Assembly (NCBI GenBank): GCA_015056485.1 | Contig: SVGD01000004.1 | Coordinates: 37,460 to 101,459 of the forward strand | DNA: 64,000 nt | From: Clostridiales bacterium | Lineage (GTDB): Bacteria; Bacillota; Clostridia; TANB77; CAG-508 | Reading direction: 5' to 3' | Shown: one piece after another, positions 9,926 to 18,332 of the stretch | How the letters are laid out: every line of letters begins with the position of its first letter | Numbering within the stretch: position 1 is the stretch's first letter | Notes under the pieces: generated by a model | Told to the model about the DNA's origin: nothing | What the model saw: the letters and a program-made list of their open reading frames with translations, nothing else | Database searches by the model: none | Made by a program: the position numbers and the translations under genes

Positions 9926-11173
9926 TTAATCAAATAATAATTTTTGTTCTGTTATCATTTCTGCAAATTGTTTCAGATAATCATATATACTTTTTTTATA
10001 AATTAAGCATTTATTATGTATGCTAATATTCTGAATTTCTTTCTCCCCTAAGTATATATTTATTTCCCCTACCTTTAAATTTTTCTCAACTGGAGCTTCT
10101 AAATAATCTATATTTTCAATTTGAATGTTTAAATCTTTTATATTTCCTTTTTTCATTGGATAAAATTTTATTTTAATATCTCCTAGAATTGTTTCTATAT
10201 TATCTCGAACGCCCTTATTTATAACAATTCTTTTTTCATTTATTTGTTTCCATTTTTCATAATTTTCATATATTTTTTCTTCTATATTTACTAATTCATA
10301 ATTATCATATATATAATTAATGATTTTTATAGAATCCTTTGTTCTTATTTTTTTTGTATTAGCTCCTAGTACTACAACAATTATATTAAAACCATTTCTA
10401 TTTACAGAAGTAACTAAACATCGTCCTGCCCCATTTGTAAATCCAGTTTTAACACCATTTACCCCTTCTAAATACCCTAATAATTCATTGGTATTTGTAA
10501 GAGTTTTTGAATAGCCATTTATCATAACTGTACAATTTTTAGTATTTACAACATCAGCGATTTTTTCTATGTTTAACGCATAATCAGTTATAACAGCTAA
10601 TTCATAAGCCGTTGTGTAATGCATAGGATTGTCTAAACCATGAGGACTTGTAAAGTGAGTATGCGATAAATTTAATTCCTTTGCTTTTGCATTCATCATT
10701 TTCGCAAATTCTTCTACGCTTCCTCCAACACTTACGGCTATTTGAATTGCAGCATCATTTCCAGAACGTAACATTAAACCATATAGTAAATCATTCATAG
10801 TTATTTTATCATTTGTTTTTAGCCCCAGTCTTGAGCCTCCAATACCAGCCGCTTCTTTACATACTTCTATTTCTGTACTTAAATCTTTACAATTCTCCAT
10901 TAAAACTATAGCAGTCATAATTTTTGTGGTTGAAGCCATTGGTACTTGTTTGTTTTCATTTTTGCCCCAAATTACACTTTTTGAGCCTCTATCAAATGCT
11001 ATTGCATAACCTGATGATATTTCTAAATTATCGGTAGCAGTTGAAACTGTTTGTATAATTTCTTCTACTGAGTAATCAGAATCTTCTTCTATGTTATATG
11101 ATATTGAATAATTTATAAATGATAATATAAAAATTAATAAAAATATCTTTAATTTCATAATTATTTTTTGCAT
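9926..11173 (-). CDS. D-alanyl-D-alanine carboxypeptidase (peptidase S11, DacB/DacF-like)
   Basis: Signal peptide; STTK (SxxK), SGN (SxN), KTG motifs; C-terminal PBP5 domain (LEAPVEK). Confidence 0.92.
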   Translation of the reverse strand: MQKIIMKLKIFLLIFILSFINYSISYNIEEDSDYSVEEIIQTVSTATDNLEISSGYAIAFDRGSKSVIWGKNENKQVPMASTTKIMTAIVLMENCKDLSTEIEVCKEAAGIGGSRLGLKTNDKITMNDLLYGLMLRSGNDAAIQIAVSVGGSVEEFAKMMNAKAKELNLSHTHFTSPHGLDNPMHYTTAYELAVITDYALNIEKIADVVNTKNCTVMINGYSKTLTNTNELLGYLEGVNGVKTGFTNGAGRCLVTSVNRNGFNIIVVVLGANTKKIRTKDSIKIINYIYDNYELVNIEEKIYENYEKWKQINEKRIVINKGVRDNIETILGDIKIKFYPMKKGNIKDLNIQIENIDYLEAPVEKNLKVGEINIYLGEKEIQNISIHNKCLIYKKSIYDYLKQFAEMITEQKLLFD

Positions 11174-11234
11174 AAAAAATCACCTTATATAAATATATTT
11201 ATTTATATAAGGTTTATAACTGTTTTAATTAATA

Positions 11235-11901
11235 TTATCTTTCATTATCAATATCTTTTTTTTCACTTGTTTTTGTTTTTTTAATCGCATCGCCATGTCT
11301 TGCTTTTGGTTTTCTTTTTCCTGCACTATAAATATTTAATTTATGTTTTCCATCTTGTATTCCTTTAGCACCTAGTACATCCATACCAACCCCATAATAA
11401 GCTTGTGAAAATTCTCCTTTTAAACATGCTCCATCAATCTCTACACTATTATTTCTTCTTGCATCAATTAATGCATATGTTTTTACACTTTTAGCTCCTC
11501 GAGCTTCAATAAGTCTTTTTAAAGCTGCTAAAGTTCTTCCTGAATATACTATGTCATCTAAAATAATTACATGTTTTCCTCTAACTGCTGAATGCTCTAA
11601 ACCAGCTTCATATTTTATTTGAGGATATTCAAATCCATTTGGATTCTTTTTGGTTGGATCCTTTATTGTTTTCACATGCCCTATTGCAGGTTCAATTTTA
11701 TTTCCGATTATTTCTTCGATTTTTTAAATTGTCAATTACTAAATTGAAAAAAGGTTTCCCTCCATGGTCAACACAAATTATAAGTAAATTATTTAAATCA
11801 ATATCTTTATCATTTGCAATTTCATCTGTAAAATCCCATATAGCCTCATTAATTTCTTTTGTTGTGCTAAAAATTTTAGATTTTTTTCCAGACATTTTCA
11901 C
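11235..11901 (-). CDS. Type I phosphoribosyltransferase (Hpt/PyrR-like) split by a +1 frame change near CGG at 11704-11706
   Basis: ORF 11698-11901 has the N-terminal part (LIICVDHGGKPF); ORF 11235-11675 has the PRPP loop VIILDDIVYSGRTL and YGVGMD. The frames join via ...AAT C-GGA AAT AAA ATT GAA CCT to ~221 aa. Confidence 0.75.
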
Positions 11902-11988
11902 ACACTATTCCTTTCTGTATGCTTATATCTGTAGTATATAGCAAACCTGAAATTAAATCAATATGAAATTTAAAGATGTGTCCCAATA

Positions 11989-12634
11989 TGTTACTGTTCA
12001 GAACAAAAATTAAAAATGTAGAGTAAATGTAGGGGCGATTTTAATCGCCCGCTATTTATAGAAATACATTGAAAAAGAATATAGATTAATGTAAAATTAT
12101 ATTAGGGCAGAAAGGAAAAAAGATGAAAGAAAATTTGCCCGTAAGAAAAAGAATAAGATTACAAGATTATGATTATTCAGAAGAAAATATGTATTTTATT
12201 ACAATATGTGTAAAAGATAGAGTGGAAATATTAGGAAAAATAATTGAAGACAATATAAAATTAACAAAAGAAGGAAATGTTGTAAAGCAGAATATAAATA
12301 AAATAGGTCGAATTTATAAGAATGTAATAATAGATGAATATGTAATAATGCCTAATCATATTCATATTTTACTTTTAATAAATTATAAGAGTAGTGTAAC
12401 AATCTCAAAAATAATTAAGCACTTCAAGACAAATATTACTAGAGAAATTGAATACTCTATATGGCAAAAATCATTTTATGAACATATTATAAGAAATGAA
12501 AAAGAATATTTAAAAATAAAAGAATATATAAAATATAATGTAATAAATTGGGAAAAGGATAAATATTTTTAAGCGGGCGATTAAAATCGCCCCTACAAAA
12601 ACTCTACATTTTTAATTTTGGTCTGACTGTAACA
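11989..12634 (+). mobile_element. RAYT/REPtron-like element bounded by ~63-65 bp inverted repeats ending TGT...ACA
   Basis: 11989-12053 and the reverse complement of 12572-12634 align at about 58/65 positions by eye; each contains REP B at its inner end. Confidence 0.8.
12123..12572 (+). CDS. REP-associated tyrosine transposase (RAYT, Y1/HUH family)
   Basis: RKRIRLQDYDYS...YFITIC, YVIMPNHIH (HUH), WQKSFYEHIIRNE..Y...YI; flanked by inverted REPs at 12029-12052 and 12573-12596. Confidence 0.92.
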   Translation: MKENLPVRKRIRLQDYDYSEENMYFITICVKDRVEILGKIIEDNIKLTKEGNVVKQNINKIGRIYKNVIIDEYVIMPNHIHILLLINYKSSVTISKIIKHFKTNITREIEYSIWQKSFYEHIIRNEKEYLKIKEYIKYNVINWEKDKYF

Positions 12635-12645
12635 CAAAATTTACA

Positions 12646-13380
12646 TTATTTTTTTATAAACATTTGTACATATACTTTTCCATATGTTGGACTTGTTACT
12701 ACTGCTATTCCTGTGTATTCATAATTAGAGTTTAATATGTTTGCTCTATGTCCTTCTGAATTCATCCATGCTGTTACTGCTGCTTTGTTGTTTGAGTTTC
12801 CTGCAATGTTTTCTCCTGCACTTTTATATTTTACTCCAAAACTTTTGAGCATATTAAATGGTGTTCCATATGTTGGTGAATTGTGTGCAAAATAGTTGTT
12901 GTCCACCATATCTTGTGCTTTTATTCTTGAGACATTTTGTAAATCATCATCAATTTTTAATTCTGATAATCCATTGTTTCTTCTTTGTTCATTTATTAAA
13001 TTAAATACATCTAATTCATCTTGTGTTAATACACTACTTGTTGTATTTTCTTCATCTGTATTTGCATCTGAGTTTGCAGATTCAGGATATATTAGTTTTA
13101 CATAGTCACCACTTACACAACCTACATTGTCATCATCTGTTTGTATTACATACCATTTTCCGATTTTGGCAAATAATCTTATATATTGATTTTTATATAC
13201 TACTGTTGTTATTCCAAAATTTGTTCCTGGTCCTTTTCTAACATTTAAGGCAGAGGCTGTGACTAATCCTGTTGGTGTTGGTACTGTTTGATAATGTGTC
13301 ATTGCTATGCTTTTAGAACTTATTCCTATTATTAGTATGAATATAAATAATAGGATTAAATTTTTGATTTTGTTTTTCAT
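12646..13380 (-). CDS. Secreted SH3b + CAP/SCP domain protein (YkwD-like, sporulation-associated)
   Basis: ALNVRKGPGT SH3b; INEQRRNNGL...KAQDM..NNYFAHNSPTYGTPF...AGENIA...WMNSEGHRANIL. Confidence 0.9.
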   Translation of the reverse strand: MKNKIKNLILLFIFILIIGISSKSIAMTHYQTVPTPTGLVTASALNVRKGPGTNFGITTVVYKNQYIRLFAKIGKWYVIQTDDDNVGCVSGDYVKLIYPESANSDANTDEENTTSSVLTQDELDVFNLINEQRRNNGLSELKIDDDLQNVSRIKAQDMVDNNYFAHNSPTYGTPFNMLKSFGVKYKSAGENIAGNSNNKAAVTAWMNSEGHRANILNSNYEYTGIAVVTSPTYGKVYVQMFIKK

Positions 13381-13432
13381 TAAAAATCACTCCTTTTAAT
13401 TTGGTTAATATACAAATAAATTATAATTAATA

Positions 13433-13527
13433 AGAAGTGTGATGTGGGAAGTGCGAAGTGTGAAAATTAGGCAAAGTCTACGAAGCATATATAAAATCGC
13501 ACCTCACACCTCGCACATCTCACCTCT
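13433..13527. repeat. Inverted heptamer-array element (RGTGYGA-like x4, spacer, reverse complement x4)
   Basis: Homologous over ~95 bp, spacer included, to the reverse complement of 33843-33938. Confidence 0.8.
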
Positions 13528-13660
13528 AAGTCATTTTATTATAATTTAGTTACCTTTTATTATATATATCTTCACCATTACCTAAAATTTTTATTCATTA
13601 TTGTTTATATTGTTTTGTTTTTGTGTTACAATGAACGTGAATGAGACGAAAGGAGTTCTT

Positions 13661-14549
13661 ATGGGATTAGAAATCATTGATTTAAATAAAAGTTTTAAAA
13701 ATAAAAAAGTTGTAAATAATATTTCTTTTAAAATGGATAAACCTGGTGTTTTTGGTTTAATCGGTTCTAATGGAGCTGGTAAAACTACAATTATTAGAAT
13801 GATTTTACGGAATTTTAAATATAGATTCAGGAAAAGTTTTATGGAATGGCAAAACACTTTCTAGAAACAATGTGAAAATTGGTTATTTACCAGAGGAAAG
13901 AGGTCTTTATCCAAAAGCTACTGTTATGGAACAATTATGTTATATATCTTCATTAAAAGGACAAGGTGTAAAAGAATCAAGAAAAGAAGTTCTTTATTGG
14001 TGTGATGTTTTAGGTCTTAATGATTATATAAATTCTCCTGCTGAACAACTTTCTAAAGGAAATCAACAAAAAGTTCAATTAATTTCTGCTTTACTTAATA
14101 ATCCTACTTTATTAATTTTAGATGAACCTTTCAGTGGCCTTGACCCTGTTAATACAAAATTAATTAAAACTGTTTTAGAGTATTTAATATCTCAAGGTGT
14201 ATATATTATACTTTCTAGTCATCAAATGCATGTTGTTGAAGAATATTGTGAAAATATATTAATTCTTAATAATGGTAGTAGTGTTGTTCAAGGTAATTTA
14301 AATGAAATAAAAAGAAGTTTAGGTTATAATAATTTTATAATTAAAACTAGTGATGATATATCTAAATTTATAACTGATGATATGAAGTTAATAAATAAAA
14401 CTGTTGATACATATGAATTTAAGAACAGTTCCGACAATTCAGCTCATACTTTTTTAAGAAAATTATTGGAAAATAATATTAATATTATTCAATTTGAAAT
14501 TAAAGAGCCTTCTCTACAAGAAATATTTATTGAAAAGGTGGGAAAATAA
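13661..14549 (+). CDS. ABC transporter ATP-binding protein (NatA/YhaQ-like) with +1 frame change at CGG 13808-13810
   Basis: ATG 13661 after AAGGAG; Walker A GSNGAGKT in frame 0; removing C13808 gives RMILGILNIDSGKVLWNG and joins GYLPEERGLY, LSKGNQQK, LILDEPFSGLDP; joined length 295 aa. Confidence 0.88.
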
Positions 14550-14551
14550 AA

Positions 14552-15454
14552 ATGAAGAATTTATTTATAATTTTAACTTTTACAATTAAACAAGCTTTAA
14601 AGAAAAAATCTTTTTGGATTAGTAATATTATTTTAGCAATATTAATTATTGGAACATTCATATTTGTAGGAAGTGATTTATCAACAATAAAAATAAACCT
14701 TACTCCTGTTACTGATGAAGCTTCTTTAGAAGAAGTTTTACCTACTAATGTAATTATTTCAATGGCAGTTTCTTTTTTACTTTTCTTTGGAATATATTTA
14801 TATGGCCACAGTATCGCAACATCAATCGCTACTGAAAAAACTTCTCGAGTAATCGAAACACTGGTAACTTCTGCTAGACCTTATCAAATTATTTTTGGAA
14901 AAACTTTAGGTATGGGTTTACTTGGTATCTTACAACTTGCTTTCCTTTGTAGTGTTACAGTTTTTTCATATAAATTTTTTATACCAACTAATTTAGATTT
15001 TATATCAACAATTATGGACTCTGTAAGTTTGAATTATTCTAGTTTGTTGGTATTATTTACTTACTTCATTTTGGGATATTTACTATATGCTTTTGCCAAT
15101 ACTGTAATTGGAGCAACTGTAAGTAAGTCTGAAGATATTCAAATTGCAAATATGCCTTTATCAATACTTTCTTTAGTATCTTTCTATTTATCATTTTTTA
15201 CAATGCAAAAACCTGAAAGTAGTTTAAGTATATTAGCTAGTTATTTTCCTTTTTCATCTGCATTTTCAATGCCAGCAAAATACTTAACTAATTTTGCAGA
15301 AAGTAGTGAAGTTATTATTTCTTTATTATTTTTATTAGTTGGGGTTATTATTCTTGCATTTATTGCAATTCGTATATATTCTGCAACTATATTAAATTAT
15401 GGTAATAGAATTAAATTGAAAGATTTGTTTAATGTGTTTTTACGAATAAAATAA
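14552..15454 (+). CDS. ABC-2 type transporter permease (NatB/YhaP-like)
   Basis: IATEKTSRVIETLVTS motif, multiple TM helices, follows ATPase by 2 bp. Confidence 0.9.
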   Translation: MKNLFIILTFTIKQALKKKSFWISNIILAILIIGTFIFVGSDLSTIKINLTPVTDEASLEEVLPTNVIISMAVSFLLFFGIYLYGHSIATSIATEKTSRVIETLVTSARPYQIIFGKTLGMGLLGILQLAFLCSVTVFSYKFFIPTNLDFISTIMDSVSLNYSSLLVLFTYFILGYLLYAFANTVIGATVSKSEDIQIANMPLSILSLVSFYLSFFTMQKPESSLSILASYFPFSSAFSMPAKYLTNFAESSEVIISLLFLLVGVIILAFIAIRIYSATILNYGNRIKLKDLFNVFLRIK

Positions 15455-15463
15455 AGACCACAT

Positions 15464-16816
15464 TTAATGTGGTCTTTCTCTTCTTCGTGGTTGTCCATAA
15501 ATAAATTCATTTTCATCTTCATCATCTTGTCTTTTTTTGCCTTCTCTTTCATATTGCTCTTCTTTTTTCTTTCTTTGTGTGTCATCATCCCCATAATTAC
15601 TTCCATTTTTCACTTCAGAAAAAGCTTGCTCAAATGAAATACAACCTCTTTTTGAATCATACATTTTAGAAAATACTTCTAATTGTTGTTCTTCCGTGAT
15701 ATGTGCTTTTTCCATTTCTTCAATTTGATTCGCTGTTGTTTCTGTGCTATCTAATATCGCTCTAATTTTTGTATTATCTAATTCCTTTGAACTTAAATCA
15801 TGTATAAAGTTTATTACATCATTTATTTCGTCTCCATCATATCCTTTTTCCTTTAATTTAACCACTAATTCTAACTCCTCTGCTGTAACTGAACCATCTG
15901 AATTTAGTCCTCTTATTTTTTGTGCTAATTCTATTGCATCTGCTACATCTTCCATCCTATACTGTGATTCTCCTCTTGTTAGAAAATGCTTTACAAATTT
16001 ATTGTTTGATGCACTTGCATTTCTCGAATCTAATGCTTCAATAAATAAATATCTTCCACTTGGCAATCTATTTCCTACCAATGTTCTTGTTCTGTCTGCT
16101 ATTGCACTATCAGGAATATCTGTTGCTATTGCATATTTACCATTTGTCATTAAATGGTCAACTGTTTTTTCTTCAAGTTTACCTGCTGTTGTTAATATAA
16201 ATACTTTTTGGTCAGGATTTGTTCCTTCGTGTTTTGTACTTCCACCAAATTCAACATATTTACCTGCATTATTTAATCCAACATATTTAAAGCTGTGTGC
16301 ATCTTTACCTCTAATTCTATATACCTCATGCATCTTTTCTCCAAACATTCTATTTGTCAATTCTGATAAAGATTCTCCTGAAGTTATTTCTCTTCCTGTT
16401 CTTATTGGTTCTGCTCTATCCTCTTTTTTTGCTTTTTCTAATTCTTTTTGTAATTTTGCAGAATCACTTCCATCTCCCAGCTTTTCCTGGCGTGTTCTTG
16501 CATTATATGCTGCTATGGCTTTTGTTATACTAATTTCTGGAGTAGCTTTTTCTATATCTTTTAACTTCATTCTATAATTATATTCACCATTCATATCTAT
16601 ACTAGCAAAATGATGCCCTTGCATATATATTCTATATGCTTCTGGTTTTGTTGCTTTTTCAATTTTAATTGTAATAACAGCTTTTCCACCATCATTTAAT
16701 TTGATTGTTGCTTCTGTTTTATTATTTTTTATAGCTATATTTATTTCATTTTCAATCATTTGTTCAAATGCTTGCTCTATGGCTAAATCATCTTTTACTA
16801 ATTCATTTTCTGCCAT
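15464..16816 (-). CDS. Hypothetical soluble protein, last gene of the T4SS-like cluster
   Basis: 450-aa ORF with AGGAGG RBS; acidic then Arg-rich C-terminal tail (YGQPRRRERPH). Confidence 0.8.
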   Translation of the reverse strand: MAENELVKDDLAIEQAFEQMIENEINIAIKNNKTEATIKLNDGGKAVITIKIEKATKPEAYRIYMQGHHFASIDMNGEYNYRMKLKDIEKATPEISITKAIAAYNARTRQEKLGDGSDSAKLQKELEKAKKEDRAEPIRTGREITSGESLSELTNRMFGEKMHEVYRIRGKDAHSFKYVGLNNAGKYVEFGGSTKHEGTNPDQKVFILTTAGKLEEKTVDHLMTNGKYAIATDIPDSAIADRTRTLVGNRLPSGRYLFIEALDSRNASASNNKFVKHFLTRGESQYRMEDVADAIELAQKIRGLNSDGSVTAEELELVVKLKEKGYDGDEINDVINFIHDLSSKELDNTKIRAILDSTETTANQIEEMEKAHITEEQQLEVFSKMYDSKRGCISFEQAFSEVKNGSNYGDDDTQRKKKEEQYEREGKKRQDDEDENEFIYGQPRRRERPH

Positions 16817-16830
16817 ATTATTTCCCTCCT

Positions 16831-18165
16831 TTAAACATTAAATGATAATTCAAAATCTGTTTCCTCATTTAATTGCATTATAAATGTTTTTTCAATTGTT
16901 GATGGATTATTGTCATCTAAATTTGTTATTATTATTTTATAAGTATATAATCCTGATTTTTCTTCGAATTGTTCATAGCTAATTTCTAAATCACTATAAC
17001 AAATACCTTTAATATAACTTTCAAAACTTTCTAAAGATGCAAAGTTATTATTTTTAAATCCATCTGATAAACAATTATATGCATAATTATAATCATTACT
17101 TTCAATTGCATCAAAGAATTTTTGTAAGTTTAATGCCATTCTTCCTTGTGCATTAGCTGAATTATATTTTTCTATAAATTGTGGAGAATCTACTGTATAT
17201 GTATCTAATATTACATTATAATCCATTACTCCTACTTCATTAAAGATATAATAATTTCCATTTTTATCTATAATTATATATTGGGTATATTCATCTTGTT
17301 CAACAATTTGATATTTATCAACTATTGCAGTTTTTATATTTTGTGAATTTTGTGCCACATATTCTATATATTGTGCTAAACTACCAAATCTTGTATCCTT
17401 ATACTCTTCATCTAATAAATTGTACATTGTTTTTGGTGAACCTAATGTAATTTTTTTGTATAATGATAAATATTCTCTTGCAATATCTTCATTTGTCATT
17501 GTTGGATAATTAAATATATTATTTTCTTTTTTAGATATAATTTCTTCAAAATGATTCACTTTAATTTCATCTATGTTTTCATATACTTTATCTAATGGTT
17601 CAATTGAAAATGTTAAGTTGTTTTCATCAATATTTACTATCACATATTGTTCATCTATAATACTATAATCTATCATGTTTTGTATAATAAAATGTACTGC
17701 GTATGTTTTTAGTTTTGAATTTTGTAAATTTTTCATATCTAATATAGAAAATAATACCTTTTCTTCTAATGGAGAAATATTTTTATATAAATTATTAACT
17801 GTAATATTATTTTCCTTAATATGTTTTTCACTTAATAAGTTATATATATTCTCTTTCTTTTCTGCTTCACTGGCTAAACAAACATATTCTTCATTTTCAT
17901 TATAACCATAATACATGCTATTGTTTATATTAAGTATATTTAAATATTCTCTTAAGCAGGTATCTACAGTAAAATAGTCTGAACGTTCTAATAAAACTTC
18001 TGCCACTTCTTCTTCAATTTCTACTTCTAAATTTTCTGGAGTCTCAGAATCTGTAATTTCACTTTCTTCTTTTTTATTTACGAAAAGAAGACTTACTAAA
18101 ACTATAATTGTTAATATTATTAAAAGTATTATTATTAATTTTAATTTTTTCATTAGTTCTATCAC
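16831..18165 (-). CDS. Bitopic membrane protein with repeated NTF2-like segments (VirB8/TcpC-like?)
   Basis: Single N-terminal TM; recurring helix+Y.LL...YK/FK units (e.g. KFFDAIESNDYNYAYNCLSDGFK); position in cluster. Confidence 0.6.
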   Translation of the reverse strand: MIELMKKLKLIIILLIILTIIVLVSLLFVNKKEESEITDSETPENLEVEIEEEVAEVLLERSDYFTVDTCLREYLNILNINNSMYYGYNENEEYVCLASEAEKKENIYNLLSEKHIKENNITVNNLYKNISPLEEKVLFSILDMKNLQNSKLKTYAVHFIIQNMIDYSIIDEQYVIVNIDENNLTFSIEPLDKVYENIDEIKVNHFEEIISKKENNIFNYPTMTNEDIAREYLSLYKKITLGSPKTMYNLLDEEYKDTRFGSLAQYIEYVAQNSQNIKTAIVDKYQIVEQDEYTQYIIIDKNGNYYIFNEVGVMDYNVILDTYTVDSPQFIEKYNSANAQGRMALNLQKFFDAIESNDYNYAYNCLSDGFKNNNFASLESFESYIKGICYSDLEISYEQFEEKSGLYTYKIIITNLDDNNPSTIEKTFIMQLNEETDFELSFNV

Positions 18166-18203
18166 TCCATTTCATGTTATTTATGGTATTCCTATTTTAT
18201 ATT

Positions 18204-18328
18204 AATGAATAATGAATAGTTAATAATTAATAATTTTGGTTAGAATTTGCTGTACTACAGCAAATTCTTTCATTCGTTATTCATTATTCATTTTTCACTA
18301 TTCATTAGGGCGAATTAAATTCGCCCTA
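18204..18328. repeat. Inverted AATGAAT/ATTCATT heptamer arrays around a hairpin, plus adjacent REP-like palindrome
   Basis: AATGAAT-like repeats, AGAATTTGCTGTA-C-TACAGCAAATTCT, TATTCAT-like repeats, then TAGGGCGAATT-A-AATTCGCCCTA. Confidence 0.7.
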
Positions 18329-18332
18329 TATA

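Noticed and set aside
15744..16577. 277-aa plus-strand ORF and the many other short antisense ORFs in the track
   Set aside because: Shadows of real minus-strand genes: Ser/Phe/Ile-rich, no RBS, no motifs.
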